Part shown: one piece after another, positions 40,292-49,528 of the stretch
Layout: each line of letters starts with the position of its first letter
How positions within the stretch are numbered: the stretch's first letter is position 1
Assembly: GCA_965197585.1 (NCBI GenBank)
Contig: OZ240215.1
Span: 2,528,001-2,592,000, forward strand
Length of the DNA stretch: 64,000 nucleotides
Direction: 5' to 3'
Source: Dehalococcoidia bacterium
GTDB taxonomy: Bacteria; Chloroflexota; Dehalococcoidia; Plut-88900
Made by a program: the position numbers and the translations under genes
Notes under the pieces: model-generated
The model's input: the letters and a program-made list of their open reading frames with translations, nothing else
Told to the model about the DNA's origin: nothing
The model's database searches: none

Positions 40292-40978
40292 TTATTCTTC
40301 TACCTTTGTGACCGGTTTTGACAACTTTTCCTTCAACGGATTTGTTGGCCTGACGGGATACAAAGAGTCTAGGCTTTCCAATTCCGAGAGCACCTTCACC
40401 AAAGCACGACGCGTGGTAGGCCTGCAACCCTGTATCGCCTTAATCAGTTCCCGAACGGTTTTGTCGCTAGTCTCCTTCTTATTTTGTGCGAAGTCGTTTT
40501 GCGCATAGTTGATGGAAAACTTATCCATGCTGGTCAGCGACCCGAATTTGGGACGCCACCAAGTGGGACACAAATTCAGAAGGTCGACTTCTTCCCTAAC
40601 CGTAATCACCACCACGTCAACGCCTCGCTTGCGTAGAGTATCCAATTTCCGGCATTTCTCTTCGCTGGGCGGACTGCTGACAACCACTTCGATGATTCTG
40701 AGCGGCTTGACTTCGTCGTCGCCGTAGAGGATGAGATCAGGCACGATGCCTCCCACACTGTCCCACTCCGGGTCTGGAACCTTGACACTCCCAACTCCGG
40801 CCCGCAGGTCGTGCGACAGCTCCCCGTCCGGTTCAAGTCTCGCCCGAATCTCCTCTCCCCTATCTAAGTCAGGGCGCGTCAACTCGTCGTAGAGCAGAGC
40901 TACAGCCCGTTCGTGCAGAGCACTGACAGGCCAAGCCTGCGTTCCGACATTCCTGGCCATGTCCCCGTTCTCGCTCAT
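40292..40978 (-). CDS. Hypothetical protein with PD-(D/E)xK-like motif
   Basis: IVPDLIL...IIEVVVSSP pattern; GGAGG RBS; lower GC; lies between M20 paralogs. Confidence 0.55.
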   Translation of the reverse strand: MSENGDMARNVGTQAWPVSALHERAVALLYDELTRPDLDRGEEIRARLEPDGELSHDLRAGVGSVKVPDPEWDSVGGIVPDLILYGDDEVKPLRIIEVVVSSPPSEEKCRKLDTLRKRGVDVVVITVREEVDLLNLCPTWWRPKFGSLTSMDKFSINYAQNDFAQNKKETSDKTVRELIKAIQGCRPTTRRALVKVLSELESLDSLYPVRPTNPLKEKLSKPVTKVEE

Positions 40979-40995
40979 TGGGATACCCCCCTCCC

Positions 40996-42246
40996 CTACT
41001 TCTCCTGATTGCACCAGTCCATCGCCGCCAGGGCATACGTCTTCGCCAGCTGCACCATGCTCGGCACTATGACGTAGGAGTCGGGCTCACCCTTCTGGTC
41101 CCGGCCGTTCTCGGCGCCCATCAGGCACACTGGAATACCCGCCTCCCAAATGTGGCAGCTGTCGTTGCCCGCATAGGATTGGGTCAGTATCGCCCCTATC
41201 TTGTCCGGCGCCCGACCCGAAACCTTGCGGTAGGCCTTCTCCAGGTTCTGCACTATCACGTTGTCTTTGGGCACGTCCATCGGGTTCATGAACACCGTCA
41301 TCACCTTGTACTCCGGCGGCACCGGCGTCACTATCTCGTACTCGAAGGTCGGGTCCTCTTCCTTGATCTTGCTCAGTGCCCGGTCAAGGTCTGCCTTGAC
41401 CGTCACGTGCGACTGCCCAGGCACGATCCTCGCATCGACTATCACCGTGCAGTAGTCACAGGTGAAGTTCGGCCCTTTCAGGTCGTGGTTCCTCCCCCTC
41501 CCCCCGATTATCGTCCCAGCGATAATCCGTGGCAGATCGGGCAGGTCGGGCCTGTGTTCATAGGTGAATTCTACGTTCTTTATTGCCGGTATGGCCTTTG
41601 TCATCATCTCCAGGGCGTCGATGGCCAAATGAGAGCGGCTCACGTGCTGCGACTGCCCGACGGTACTGATAGCCAACTCCACAACCCCTGCGTGAGTCGT
41701 CATTATGTTGTCCCCGTCGCCCGTGGGCTCCGCGACATAGGCTCCGTCAGTTCTCAATCCTTGGTTTAAGGCGTAGACCGTCCCAACCCCTCCCTGCAGC
41801 TCCCCCACAACACACGCCACGACAAGGTCGCCCTTCATCGGGGCCTTGGCCTTCCGAATAGCCTCGGCAGCAGTGATGATCGCCGTTACCCCGCCCTTCA
41901 TGTTGTTGATCCCCGCACCGTACAGCCGGTCCCCTTCCCAGCTGGGAGTGAACGGCTCCCGGACCCAGCCCATCGCCAGCGGGTCGATGTCTATGTGCCC
42001 GTTAAGCATCAGGCTCTTGCCCCCACCCGACCCCTTGAGCGTCGCTATCGTCTGATACCGACCCGGCTCCACTTCCTGCAAATCTACCTCATACCCTCTG
42101 CGACGGAAGAACCCGGCCAGGAACCTGGCAACTTTCTGCTCTTCCGTCTTGAAGCTGGGCATGGAAATCAGGTCGCTGGCCAGCTTGACTGTCTGCTCGG
42201 TCTTGATTTGACGCAGTACGCGTTCCTCGACCGCTTGGTCAACCAT
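40996..42246 (-). CDS. M20/ArgE-DapE family deacylase, copy 3
   Basis: NGHIDIDP, GINNMKGG, VGELQGG, VAEP; GGAGG RBS. Confidence 0.85.
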   Translation of the reverse strand: MVDQAVEERVLRQIKTEQTVKLASDLISMPSFKTEEQKVARFLAGFFRRRGYEVDLQEVEPGRYQTIATLKGSGGGKSLMLNGHIDIDPLAMGWVREPFTPSWEGDRLYGAGINNMKGGVTAIITAAEAIRKAKAPMKGDLVVACVVGELQGGVGTVYALNQGLRTDGAYVAEPTGDGDNIMTTHAGVVELAISTVGQSQHVSRSHLAIDALEMMTKAIPAIKNVEFTYEHRPDLPDLPRIIAGTIIGGRGRNHDLKGPNFTCDYCTVIVDARIVPGQSHVTVKADLDRALSKIKEEDPTFEYEIVTPVPPEYKVMTVFMNPMDVPKDNVIVQNLEKAYRKVSGRAPDKIGAILTQSYAGNDSCHIWEAGIPVCLMGAENGRDQKGEPDSYVIVPSMVQLAKTYALAAMDWCNQEK

Positions 42247-42348
42247 TCTTACCTCCCGAGATATTGATTGTGCAAGTTCAGAAAGCGCTTAGTTAAAGTA
42301 AGTTACGGAGATGAAAAAACTAGTGGAGAGAAATATAAGTGCTGTCCG

Positions 42349-43470
42349 CTACATACCCTCAAAGCGCAGAGTGCCTTCCAAGCGGTGCTTCCCATCCGCG
42401 AATTGGAAAGCCAAGGGTATTTCTTCACCTTCGGCAGGGGGTATGAATCCATTGTTTCTAAGGGTCCTGAGTGCTAGCAATATCTGTCGCTCGGAGAACT
42501 GTCGTTTCCTGTCACTCCAGCTGTGAGTTTGGGCAACAATGTCGGACTCGGTGGCATTCGGATATTCCTTGGTGACCCAGTGGACAGTTGCTAGCAACTC
42601 AAGGCCAAAAGGTGTTTCGAATCCTTCAATCAGCTCTGTGACTCTGTCCAGTCTTCGCTTCGATTCAGGATGGCTTACCAAATAATTATCCGAATCAGTA
42701 AGTGCACTTGGGGCTAATGTGAGTTGCTTGTGAGGTTCGTCACCCCCATCGTTATATCCGTAGATCATGTGTCCCTCAACCGTCCGTAGCAGATGTCGAA
42801 GATTCTGAGCGTATGGCCCATAGGTCTCTTTCACGAAAGCCAGCCTCAGCGGCTCACCCGCTTCCTGCATGAAATACATAAGCTTATGCACTTCTAGCAG
42901 CGTTACAAAAGGATCGAGCAAACCTTTGAGGTAGCGGTAAATCAAGCGTATCAAGACTGCTCTTGCTACAGTCATCTTGGATGCACTGACAGATTTAGGT
43001 AGTTGACTGATGGAAGCACTACCAGGTTTGAATACGATCGCATCTAAGCAATCGATTGCCTTTACAGTTGCTTCTATAAGGGGACGCACGTCCGCCCAAT
43101 TAAGCTTGCCCAAGTCGGTTCCTAGAGGGGGAATCGCTATAGAACGGATGTTGCGCGCCTTAATCTCTTCTGCTAGTGCGTCAAGGCCTGCTTCAATGTA
43201 TTCGAGGCGGCTTTTGCCACGCCAGTGAATCTTGGTTGGGAAGTTGATGACAAAGCGAGGGTTGGTGGAACATCCAGTTTCGAATACAAACATCCGACCC
43301 GGTTTTACCTCTTCCCGCTCGCAGGCGGCCTGATAGGCCTTGAAGTTGGCCGGATATTTCCTTTTGAACTGGAGGGCTATCCCGCGTCCCATCACACCAA
43401 CGCAGTTGACACTGTTAACTAACGCTTCGGCATCCTCCTCGAATATATCGCCCCTCTTATATTCGATCAT
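42349..43470 (-). CDS. darG: DarG antitoxin (macrodomain DNA ADP-ribosylhydrolase)
   Basis: GDIF, VNSVNCVGVMGRGIA, INFPTK, PPLG; C-terminal KLMYF..YGPYA..GFETPFGLELLATVHW. Confidence 0.9.
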   Translation of the reverse strand: MIEYKRGDIFEEDAEALVNSVNCVGVMGRGIALQFKRKYPANFKAYQAACEREEVKPGRMFVFETGCSTNPRFVINFPTKIHWRGKSRLEYIEAGLDALAEEIKARNIRSIAIPPLGTDLGKLNWADVRPLIEATVKAIDCLDAIVFKPGSASISQLPKSVSASKMTVARAVLIRLIYRYLKGLLDPFVTLLEVHKLMYFMQEAGEPLRLAFVKETYGPYAQNLRHLLRTVEGHMIYGYNDGGDEPHKQLTLAPSALTDSDNYLVSHPESKRRLDRVTELIEGFETPFGLELLATVHWVTKEYPNATESDIVAQTHSWSDRKRQFSERQILLALRTLRNNGFIPPAEGEEIPLAFQFADGKHRLEGTLRFEGM

Positions 43471-43484
43471 GTGCCCGGCCCTCC

Positions 43485-44150
43485 TCACGAATAATACCAA
43501 TCCCTCTTAATCTCGACTAGCGGGTTTATTTTAGCAAACCGTAGCGCGGACAAAACACGATTCCTGATTTGAGGCGAGTATACGCCAATGCGCTTTATCA
43601 GTGTCCAGGGAAATGAAAGCTGTACCAATAACTCTGCTTGCTTAAGTTCCTTGCGGTTCGGAAACTGTGAAGTATTGGTCCAGGTTTTGGATTGTACAGC
43701 GTCCCAATCTATCTTCTCCAATTGGGTAACGTCGGAGAAGTCCTCGAAATGGTTTGACCCTGCATTAGATGTGGTAAAGGCCCATAGCCGCTTGCGCTTT
43801 TCAGCCCACTGGATCACACAATGTAGATCGGCCTCAAGGTGAATAATGGGCACTTGCCCATCGTGATATGTCAGTTCGGGAAGGCTGCTTTTGTGGAGCA
43901 CATAAAGCATGACGGAACGTGGACAGAAGTAGAAAGGGACGCAATCGCCAACGTGTAAATCGGAATGGCAACTCAAGGCCTTGCTTCGCCGTCGTTGTTT
44001 GATGTTTTCAATACCGATAGTAGTGCCGGTATTCTTCCGGCCTGCCATGACCGCATCACACCATAGACCACTATCCTTGATAATGGATGGCAGTCGATCC
44101 ACATGCACAATGTGGTAAATCTTGGGCCGTTCCGGCACGAGCGCAGTCAT
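43485..44150 (-). CDS. darT: DarT toxin (DUF4433 DNA ADP-ribosyltransferase)
   Basis: YHIVH, VPFYFCPRSVML, SNA, KQAE catalytic Glu, WYY end; TATAAT 5 nt before the ATG. Confidence 0.9.
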   Translation of the reverse strand: MTALVPERPKIYHIVHVDRLPSIIKDSGLWCDAVMAGRKNTGTTIGIENIKQRRRSKALSCHSDLHVGDCVPFYFCPRSVMLYVLHKSSLPELTYHDGQVPIIHLEADLHCVIQWAEKRKRLWAFTTSNAGSNHFEDFSDVTQLEKIDWDAVQSKTWTNTSQFPNRKELKQAELLVQLSFPWTLIKRIGVYSPQIRNRVLSALRFAKINPLVEIKRDWYYS

Positions 44151-44202
44151 ACCTAATTATAGTACATTTGACCTGTATTCAATTCGTTACTACCTGTACC
44201 CC

Positions 44203-44574
44203 CTAGCGGTTGCTCGTACCCTCAGCTCCGTCCAACTCCACGGCCTGCCGGATTATCCGCCCAAGGGCCGGTGCCTCCAGGTCCTCCAAACTCCTGATCT
44301 TCACGTGCCTCATCCGCTTACCTGTACCCTCGATCAGCCCCTCCGGATTCGGGATCAGGGCCCCTTGACACAGCCCCAAGGTTACGTGCTTGTCCGCCTG
44401 AGAAGCTATGTAGAATGTCCTAACCTTCTTTTCAAAGCAAGGATTGCCCCACTTTATCGACTCCCGCAAGTCGGGCGCAGCCTCCAGGAACATCCGACGT
44501 AGCTCTACTGCCAGAGGCCTCAGCCGCGCATCCACCTCGACCACCCAGTCGTCAAAACTCTTCTTTGACGGCAT
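44203..44574 (-). CDS. DUF1801 (YdhG-like) protein
   Basis: ESIKWGNPCF, HVTLG, EGTGKRMRHVK. Confidence 0.8.
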   Translation of the reverse strand: MPSKKSFDDWVVEVDARLRPLAVELRRMFLEAAPDLRESIKWGNPCFEKKVRTFYIASQADKHVTLGLCQGALIPNPEGLIEGTGKRMRHVKIRSLEDLEAPALGRIIRQAVELDGAEGTSNR

Positions 44575-44591
44575 AGTCGTAGCCCTGTGTC

Positions 44592-45551
44592 CTATTTCGT
44601 GTCGGGAACCAGCGTGAGCAGGAACTGCAGCACGAGATTGGCGGCCAGAAGCGAGGTTATTTCAGAAATATCGTAGGCGGGAGCCACCTCCACAATATCA
44701 AACCCGACCGCCCCGACTCCCCTCATCCCCTTCACCAATGCCATCGCCTCACGGCTGGTGAGCCCCGCCACCTCCGGCGTCCCGGTGCCCGGGGCGAAAC
44801 CCGGGTCCACGCTGTCGATATCATAGGAGATGTGCACCGGACGACCCTTGGTGGCCGACCTTATCTTCTCGATAGTCGCATCGACCCCCGTGTGCCAGAA
44901 CTCCTCGCCCGTGATCACGGTAATGCCCGCGGCCTTCACCTCCTCGACTATCCCCATCGAGGGCCGTCCCCGTATCCCAACCTGCACCGACGTCGCCGGG
45001 TCCATGATCCCCTCATCCGAGGCGATGCGGAACATGGAGCCGTGGTGTATGGGCATATCCTTGGGCGGCTCCCAGAAGTCGGGGTGTGCATCGAAATGGA
45101 CGAGGGATATCTTCCCGTGCTTCTTATACAGCGCCCTAAGGATTGGAAGGGAAACCGTGTGGTCTCCCCCCAGGCACACCGGGAAAACGTCCTGGGAGAT
45201 GATGTCCGTGACGGCGACCTCTATACGCCTGACCGCCTCTTCAATGTACCCATAGGTGAGTTCGATATCTCCATAATCCACAATGCGGAGGCTCTTGAAG
45301 GGCTCGGTCAGCTCCGCTGCCTCCAGCCCGTGTTGCCCGACGTGCATGGAAGCAGTACGTATCCCCCGAGGCCCGAACCTAGCCCCCGAGCGAATGATGG
45401 TCCCCAGGTCCAGCGGAAGCCCGACTATGGCCACGTCGGCCTTGGACAGGTCACGGCTCCCCGGAATCTGCATGAATGTGCTCGGGCTCCCGTATCGGGG
45501 CCCGTCTTGCCACGCTTCAGGCATCAATCGATTTTCTTCAGTGTTTCCCAT
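44592..45551 (-). CDS. Ureohydrolase (agmatinase / guanidino-acid amidinohydrolase family)
   Basis: GARFGP, GGDH, DAHPD, DIDSVDP..PGTGTPE, VEVAP. Confidence 0.9.
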   Translation of the reverse strand: MGNTEENRLMPEAWQDGPRYGSPSTFMQIPGSRDLSKADVAIVGLPLDLGTIIRSGARFGPRGIRTASMHVGQHGLEAAELTEPFKSLRIVDYGDIELTYGYIEEAVRRIEVAVTDIISQDVFPVCLGGDHTVSLPILRALYKKHGKISLVHFDAHPDFWEPPKDMPIHHGSMFRIASDEGIMDPATSVQVGIRGRPSMGIVEEVKAAGITVITGEEFWHTGVDATIEKIRSATKGRPVHISYDIDSVDPGFAPGTGTPEVAGLTSREAMALVKGMRGVGAVGFDIVEVAPAYDISEITSLLAANLVLQFLLTLVPDTK

Positions 45552-45669
45552 AAACCATTACTCCGGTTCTTGCCTGGTCACTTCCGGCATCGTTGCCGGA
45601 GATGTTAGCATATCGACAGAACATCCCGGTGCCGAACGACTAGATGTGGACAAACTCAGGAGGTGACCC

Positions 45670-46800
45670 ATGGCAACTTCTCTTACCGGAAGCTACGTTT
45701 CCGCTGATGGACACGTCGTAGAGCCCAAGGACTTGTTTTCTTCCCGAATGGACCGGAAACTCGCTGAAAAGGCCCCACACATCGAGTCCCGGGACTCCGG
45801 TGACTTCTACGTCATGGAAGGCTTCGGCGAGTTCGCCATCGGACTCTCCGGCGAGGGCAGCGCAGCCACCGACAAAGCCGAGGGCAAGGAAATCCACATG
45901 GCCGGCCTCCGCTATGATGACACCCGACCCGGCGCCTGGGATCCCGCCGCACGGCTCAAAGATCAGGACCTTGACGGCATCCGCGCGGAGGTTATGTACC
46001 CTGGTGTCTTTGGCCTTTGGTGCTACAACGCCTCCGACGCCGACCTCCACGTCGAAATCGTCCGCGTTTATAACGACTGGATCGCCGAGTTCAGCGCCTC
46101 CTCTCCCGACCGGCTCTTCGGCGTCGGCATCCTGCCCATGAGAGGCTCGACCGAAAGCAAAATCGCCGAGGTGGAGAGGGTCGCCAAGCTTGGCCTCAGG
46201 TCGGTGATGCTTCCCCTGGAAGTAGAGGGCGGTTACGTCAACATGGAGGGCGGCGACCAACTCTGGGCTGCCCTTCAGGACGTCGGGCTGCCCCTCGGGT
46301 TTCACGTGGGCTCCAGTACCAAGTCGGTCAGCGCAGACAAGTACCGGAGCCTGGGAGTCGGCGTCGCCGTAATAGAGCAGAAGATCTGCGCCGTGGCCCG
46401 CGGCCTCACCGATCTCATCCTCTCCGGCGTTCCACAGTCGTTCCCCGGCCTCCGGTTCGTCATGGCCGAGGGCGGTATCGGCTGGATACCTTCAGTCCTG
46501 CGTCTCAACGACCACTGGTGGGAAGACCACCGGCACTGGATGGAGCCCAAGCTGGAAGAGGCGCCGAGCAGCTACTTCTTCCGCCAGTTCTGGGCCACTT
46601 TCGAAGACGACCGTGCTGGCCTCCTCACCCGGGAACTCCTCAACGTCGACAAGCTGATGTGGGGCTCCGACTACCCCCACCCCGAGGGCGTATTCCCCTT
46701 CTCCCGGCAGCAGATCGCCAAGGACTTCCACGACATCCCGGAGCACGAGACCGTAAAGATCGTTGGCGACAACGCGGCGGCGCTGTACGGCCTGAATTAG
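45670..46800 (+). CDS. Amidohydrolase_2 family protein
   Basis: SADGH, YNDWI, GFH, AEGGIGW, WGSDYPH; GGAGG RBS. Confidence 0.88.
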   Translation: MATSLTGSYVSADGHVVEPKDLFSSRMDRKLAEKAPHIESRDSGDFYVMEGFGEFAIGLSGEGSAATDKAEGKEIHMAGLRYDDTRPGAWDPAARLKDQDLDGIRAEVMYPGVFGLWCYNASDADLHVEIVRVYNDWIAEFSASSPDRLFGVGILPMRGSTESKIAEVERVAKLGLRSVMLPLEVEGGYVNMEGGDQLWAALQDVGLPLGFHVGSSTKSVSADKYRSLGVGVAVIEQKICAVARGLTDLILSGVPQSFPGLRFVMAEGGIGWIPSVLRLNDHWWEDHRHWMEPKLEEAPSSYFFRQFWATFEDDRAGLLTRELLNVDKLMWGSDYPHPEGVFPFSRQQIAKDFHDIPEHETVKIVGDNAAALYGLN

Positions 46801-47630
46801 GGCCGATAGGCCTCCGGTATCGGGCCGGTGGGTGGATAGCCGCCCTGGTCGTCGTGGGTCTCATCCCCGTATATTGGCGGGTTGAAGATGCTCATCACCC
46901 ACAAATCGGTGAACCACGTTACCTGGTGCCGGTCCCTGGGGCCGACGACATACACGGTTCCCGGCGCCAGATCCCACTTTTCGCCGGTGGTCACGTCCTC
47001 GACGGAGCCCTCACCCTCGAGAACGTAGTTCGCCTCGACGTGGTTCTGGTACCACATGACGATGCCCTTGCCCTCAGGGGCGCGGGGGGTGGAGATGGTG
47101 AACCCACACCCATCGTCGTGGGTGAGGTATCGATAGGCATTCGCGCGGCTGTGGCCTATTTCGACCACGGGAACATCCTCGAGTCTTTTCACATACATCG
47201 TCCGGCCCGCGTCACCCTGCCAGGCGGGGGGAATATCGCCTGTCGGGGGGAAGGCGCCGTCCGCGTCGTGCCTCTCATTGCCCATCACTGCGGGGCTGAA
47301 AATACTGACCAGGTGGACATCAGTCTTGGCCGTGAGACGATGCCTATCCTTAGGCCCGACCACGTACATACCTCCGTCCTCGACATCCCAGCTATTACCG
47401 TTGGTCAGGTCGGTAACCTCCAGGATGCCCTTTATGATCAGGTTCCCCTCCACGTGGTTCTTGTAGTGAAGGTCGAATGAGAATCCTGCCGAGAACCGCC
47501 CGTCGGAAAGGGAGAAGCCGCAGCCGTCGGCTTTAGTTAAGAGGCGCCTGGCATGCAAGATCTTGTCGCCGTCCCGGCGCACCATCTCTTTGTCGGTCCC
47601 GGCCAGGTCCTCCAGCTTTCTTGCGAACAT
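46797..47630 (-). CDS. Tandem two-domain ectoine synthase (EctC)-like cupin, copy 1
   Basis: Two EctC repeats, each with (H/W)Y(K/Q)NHVE, YVVGP.D.H and F.P..G.E.HD..G.(Y/F)PP. Confidence 0.85.
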   Translation of the reverse strand: MFARKLEDLAGTDKEMVRRDGDKILHARRLLTKADGCGFSLSDGRFSAGFSFDLHYKNHVEGNLIIKGILEVTDLTNGNSWDVEDGGMYVVGPKDRHRLTAKTDVHLVSIFSPAVMGNERHDADGAFPPTGDIPPAWQGDAGRTMYVKRLEDVPVVEIGHSRANAYRYLTHDDGCGFTISTPRAPEGKGIVMWYQNHVEANYVLEGEGSVEDVTTGEKWDLAPGTVYVVGPRDRHQVTWFTDLWVMSIFNPPIYGDETHDDQGGYPPTGPIPEAYRP

Positions 47631-47631
47631 G

Positions 47632-47720
47632 ATTGCACCACCAAATGATGTGGCCGCTCATATGTCGACCCCCAGCGGAGGATCTTGGGCAGTATGAGCG
47701 GCCACTTGCTCCGCGGAATT
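47632..47720 (-). promoter_or_regulatory. Structured leader/intergenic hairpin, copy 1
   Basis: 13-bp stem GTGGCCGCTCATA/TATGAGCGGCCAC; near-identical copy at 48570-48660. Confidence 0.45.
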
Positions 47721-47734
47721 TTCTGCCTAATTAG

Positions 47735-48568
47735 CTAAGGCCGCCAAGCCTCCGGAATCGGCCCCCTGGGCGGGTATCCACCCTGGTCGTCGTGGGTCTC
47801 ATCTCCAACCAGCGGAGGATTGAACACGCTCATCAGGTAGAAATCGGTGTTCGCCTGTATCTGGTGCCGGTCCTTGGGACCGACCACATACACCGTCCCC
47901 GGGGCCAGGTCCCACTCCTCCCCCGTCGTCTGGTCCTTCACTGAGCCCTCGCCCTCCAGGATGTAGTTAGCCTCGACGTGGTTCTGGTACCAGAGGACAG
48001 TGCTCTTGCCCGCAGGGGCGCGGGGCGTAGATATTGTGAAGCCGCACCCATCTTCCTGGGTGAGGTATCGATAGGCGTTCGCGCGGCCGTGGCCTATTAC
48101 GATTACCGGGATGTCCTCCAGTCTTTTCACGTACATCGTTCGGCCGGCGTCACCCTGCCATGCGGAGGGAATGTCGCCCGTCGGGGGGAAGGCGCCGTCC
48201 GCGTCGTGCCTCTCATTACCCATCACGGCGGGGCTGAAAATACTGACCAGGTGGACATCAGTCTTGGCCGTGAGACGGTGCCGGTCCTTAGGCCCGACCA
48301 CGTACAGACCTCCGTCCTCCAAATCCCAGCTATTACCGTTGCTCAGGTCTGTCACCTCGATGACGCCCTTGATGATCAGGTTCCCTTCAACGTGGTTCTT
48401 GTAGTGCAGGTCGATGGAGAATCCCGCCGAGAAGCGCACGTCGGATAGGGAGAAACCGCACCCGTCTGCCTTCGTCAGCAGCCGCCCCGACTGCAAAATC
48501 TTATCCCCTTCCCTTTTCACCATCTCTTTGTCGGTCCCGGCCAGGTCCTCCAGCCTTCTTGCGAACAT
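47735..48568 (-). CDS. Tandem two-domain EctC-like cupin, copy 2
   Basis: Same double EctC motifs, 277 aa. Confidence 0.85.
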   Translation of the reverse strand: MFARRLEDLAGTDKEMVKREGDKILQSGRLLTKADGCGFSLSDVRFSAGFSIDLHYKNHVEGNLIIKGVIEVTDLSNGNSWDLEDGGLYVVGPKDRHRLTAKTDVHLVSIFSPAVMGNERHDADGAFPPTGDIPSAWQGDAGRTMYVKRLEDIPVIVIGHGRANAYRYLTQEDGCGFTISTPRAPAGKSTVLWYQNHVEANYILEGEGSVKDQTTGEEWDLAPGTVYVVGPKDRHQIQANTDFYLMSVFNPPLVGDETHDDQGGYPPRGPIPEAWRP

Positions 48569-48569
48569 G

Positions 48570-48660
48570 ATTGCACCTCCAAATGATGTGGCCGCTCATA
48601 TGTCAACCCCCCAGCGGAGGATCTTGGGCAGTATGAGCGACCACTTGGTCCGCGGAATAT
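48570..48660 (-). promoter_or_regulatory. Structured leader/intergenic hairpin, copy 2
   Basis: Stem 48588-48600 / 48632-48644, duplicate of the 47650-47705 stem. Confidence 0.45.
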
Positions 48661-48673
48661 TCGTCCTATCGCA

Positions 48674-49507
48674 CTACGGTCTCCAGGCCTCGGGGATGGG
48701 CCCGGTGGGTGGGTAGCCGCCCTGGTCGTCGTGGGACTCGCCGCCGTATATTGGCGGGTTGAAGACGCTCACCAAGTAAAACCCGGTGCTGGACTTCAAC
48801 TGGTGCCGGTCCTTGGGCCCGACCACGTACAGCGTGCCGGGGTACAAGTCCCACTTCTCGCCGGTTGTTTGGTCCTCGACGGTACCTTCACCCTCGAAGA
48901 TGTAGTTGGCCTCGACGTGGTTCTGGTACCAGAGGACGATGCCATCGCCCGCAGGGGCGCGAGGGGTCGAGATGGTAAACCCGCACTCGTCGTCATGGGT
49001 GAGGTATCGGTATGCCTTCGTACGCCCGTGACTTATGCCGACCACGCGGGTCTCCGAGAGCCTTCTTACGAACATGGTGCGGCCGGATTCTCCCTGCCAG
49101 GCGGAGGGAATCTCGCCGGTAGGCGGGTAGGAGCCATCGGCGTCATGGCGCTCGGTGCCCAGGGTTGGTGGGCAGAACACGCTGATGATGTGCGTATCGG
49201 TCTTGGCGAGGGTGCGGTGCCGGTCCTTCGGCCCGACCACGTACAGGTCCCCGGCGCCCAGGGTCCAGCTGTTGCCGCTGGACACCTCGGTCACGTCCAT
49301 CTCTCCCGATACGACCAGGTTGCCCTCAACGTGGTTCTTGTACCATAGGTCCATGGTCAGGCCTGCGGAGACTCGGACGTCGGAAAAGGAGAAACCGCAG
49401 CCGTCGGCCTTGGTCAGCAGGCGAGTGGCCTGCAATCTTTTCCCGTCGATTTCTCGCACCATCTGCTGGTCGGCGCCGGCGAAGTCTTCAAGCCTTCTAA
49501 CGTACAT
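48674..49507 (-). CDS. Tandem two-domain EctC-like cupin, copy 3
   Basis: Same double EctC motifs, 277 aa; GGAGG RBS. Confidence 0.85.
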   Translation of the reverse strand: MYVRRLEDFAGADQQMVREIDGKRLQATRLLTKADGCGFSFSDVRVSAGLTMDLWYKNHVEGNLVVSGEMDVTEVSSGNSWTLGAGDLYVVGPKDRHRTLAKTDTHIISVFCPPTLGTERHDADGSYPPTGEIPSAWQGESGRTMFVRRLSETRVVGISHGRTKAYRYLTHDDECGFTISTPRAPAGDGIVLWYQNHVEANYIFEGEGTVEDQTTGEKWDLYPGTLYVVGPKDRHQLKSSTGFYLVSVFNPPIYGGESHDDQGGYPPTGPIPEAWRP

Positions 49508-49528
49508 GGTTACACCTCCGGGTTTGCC

